The position numbers and the translations under genes were made by a program. The notes beneath the pieces were generated by a model, which was not told the origin of the DNA, made no database searches, and saw only the letters and a list, made by a program, of their open reading frames with translations. Shown here piece by piece: positions 62,501 through 64,000 of a stretch of 64,000 nucleotides of DNA. Positions within the stretch are counted from its first letter, which is position 1; the number at the start of each line of letters is the position of its first letter. Origin of the DNA: Azolla caroliniana (lineage: Eukaryota; Plantae; Polypodiophyta); NCBI GenBank assembly GCA_043228905.1, contig JBHGNT010000004.1, positions 17,422,001-17,486,000 on the forward strand, in the 5' to 3' direction.

Positions 62501-63457
62501 ACTCAATTGGTTTGTATCCTTCTGGAGGTTCTTCATTTTCGATGGGATCGATTTGCCCCTTGACTATGAGATAGTCCTGCATTTGCTCCTTCCAGAAGTT
62601 GAAGTTCGATCCATCGAACTTTCGTAGACTCATTTCTGACGAGCCGGATGTTGATGCCATCAAATTTGGTTTCGGTTGACGAAGCTCGGTTCGGAGTTGA
62701 CTACGAACCTTGTTGGAGTGCAGCCGGTTGGCTCACCCGATATCGTTCTAGTCGGATTTGAACCCGAGTCGGTTCGGCTTCGGATATATGTATTGTTGAA
62801 CTTGCTCGAATTGACTCCGGTAACTTGAGGGACAGAACCGACTGGTCTTCCCGAATGTTGCCGAGTCGGAGTGAGCCCGGTTCGCTTCCGAATATATATG
62901 CCAAATACCGATTATTGAATCCGATTGTCTAGACCGATTCTGCTTCGGGTGACTGCAGCGACGAGAGAGACGGATCCAACTGATCCTCTCGAATGTCGAT
63001 CAGCCGGATGAAGCACGAATTGGGGTTGTTGTCTTGAGACCGATCTGCACCGAGTGGTTACAATGAGCGGCGAGCAACGTTTGATGACCTCTTCGGATGC
63101 CGTTTAACCGAGTGGAGCACGATCGTGTCAATGTTGCACAAGGGGATTTCACCTCGAGCGGTTACGATCACAAGAAACAGAGTACAACCGGCTGGCTTAC
63201 TCCAAGCGAAGATGATCTAACGCGATGAGATGCAAGCCTCGTTTTTTTTTTTTTTTTTTTCTTCTTCTCTCTTCTTCGAATGACGCAGGAAAACGAATGC
63301 TGTGCAGGCTGACACGACGTCCGACAGCGGATTGAAGGACCGAATACTGTGCAGGCTCTGATACCAGATGTTGGAGACAAGGTCGTCTATGCGGAAGATC
63401 AAGAAGCATTCGATTCTTTTCTGTACCTAGCGTATGACAGTTTCTAGGTCGTTGCAC

Positions 63458-63494
<37 letters not shown>

Positions 63495-63681
63495 CACAAA
63501 AACGACTCTTTCTATTCCATAAAGCAATAATACAACCCAACCTTACAAAAAGGTTACAAGGTCACTATATATAGTGACAGACTTAGGGCATCTACCATTT
63601 ATGCTAATTACACAAATGGCCCAAACTTGATCTATACAAAGGGATAGTGTGAATACGTCCATTATACACTTGTATTCGACA
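59439..63681 (-). mobile_element. Ty1/copia element D (same family as B), identical LTRs, RT largely deleted
   Basis: 313-bp LTRs at 59439-59751 and 63369-63681 are identical by inspection. TSD AGGTG at 59434-59438 and 63682-63686. PBS ends at 63366; PPT at 59752-59760. Confidence 0.97.
59945..62660 (-). pseudogene. gag-pol of element D: gag-PR intact, INT frameshifted, most of RT deleted, RNase H retained
   Basis: ATG at 62660; frameshift ~61075; TGA ~60790; junction RKLAP|AVGSL at ~60612 skips ~1.3 kb relative to B (23410-24720). Confidence 0.9.
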
Positions 63682-64000
63682 AGGTGATGCACATGAAGAC
63701 AACGGCTTACATACGGTACTTCATTGACATGAGCCCATACAACAACTTCAATGAAGAGAGCAAGGCTCATGAGCTCTGGGAGAAGATCGACATTATGTTT
63801 CAAAACAAAAATGTTGTTAACCAGGTTTCGGTTTTCCGGAAGCTAGTAAGACTCCGGTACCAAGATGGCTCCAGCATGGCGGAGCACATGGATGCCTTCC
63901 AGGGGCTGATACACCAGGCAACATCATTGGAAGTACCTCTCGCCGATGAGGTACTAGCGCTACTCCTGCTCGGTTCCCTCCCGGATAGCTGGGAGACGTT

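Larger units (their letters stand above)
58656..64000 (+). mobile_element. Ty1/copia element F (5' LTR, PBS, gag), interrupted by D, continuing past the window end
   Basis: LTR ~58656-59249; PBS TGGTATCAGAGC at 59253. gag MDDSLGGMFKLTGSNYSVWK from 59280 resumes after 63686 (MHMKTTAYIR...LLLLGSLPDSWET). Confidence 0.9.

Overview
Plant nuclear DNA. A non-seed plant such as a fern is likely, inferred from the Tcn1-like chromovirus, the Phygy/Athila-like gypsy element and the L1 style. Two host genes lie on the minus strand: an intronless GT29 sialyltransferase-like/GALT29A gene (9060-10541) and a three-exon PYL/RCAR ABA-receptor gene (31602-35387). The rest is mostly nested retroelements, six of them delimited by hand-verified 5-bp TSDs: Copia A containing Copia B; chromovirus C containing gypsy E; a 404-bp mini-derivative of C; and Copia D, with identical LTRs, inside Copia F. 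There are also L1 remnants, a plastid atpA fragment, a ~520-bp foldback and several tandem repeats. The most striking observation is missed by the ORF track: a spliced, decayed prokaryote-type beta-class amino-DNA methyltransferase (N6mA/N4mC; GD...DIPY...W-x-K-x-N...RF...E) at about 57165-58133, cut by a LINE. Other highlights are a chromovirus LTR combining a tRNA-like Pol III module, a heat-shock-element array and a TATA box, and several oddities of the PYL gene: pocket substitutions, a triplicated splice acceptor, and an in-frame transit-peptide-like uORF separated from the CDS by one TGA. All family calls come from motif recognition by eye; no database searches were run.
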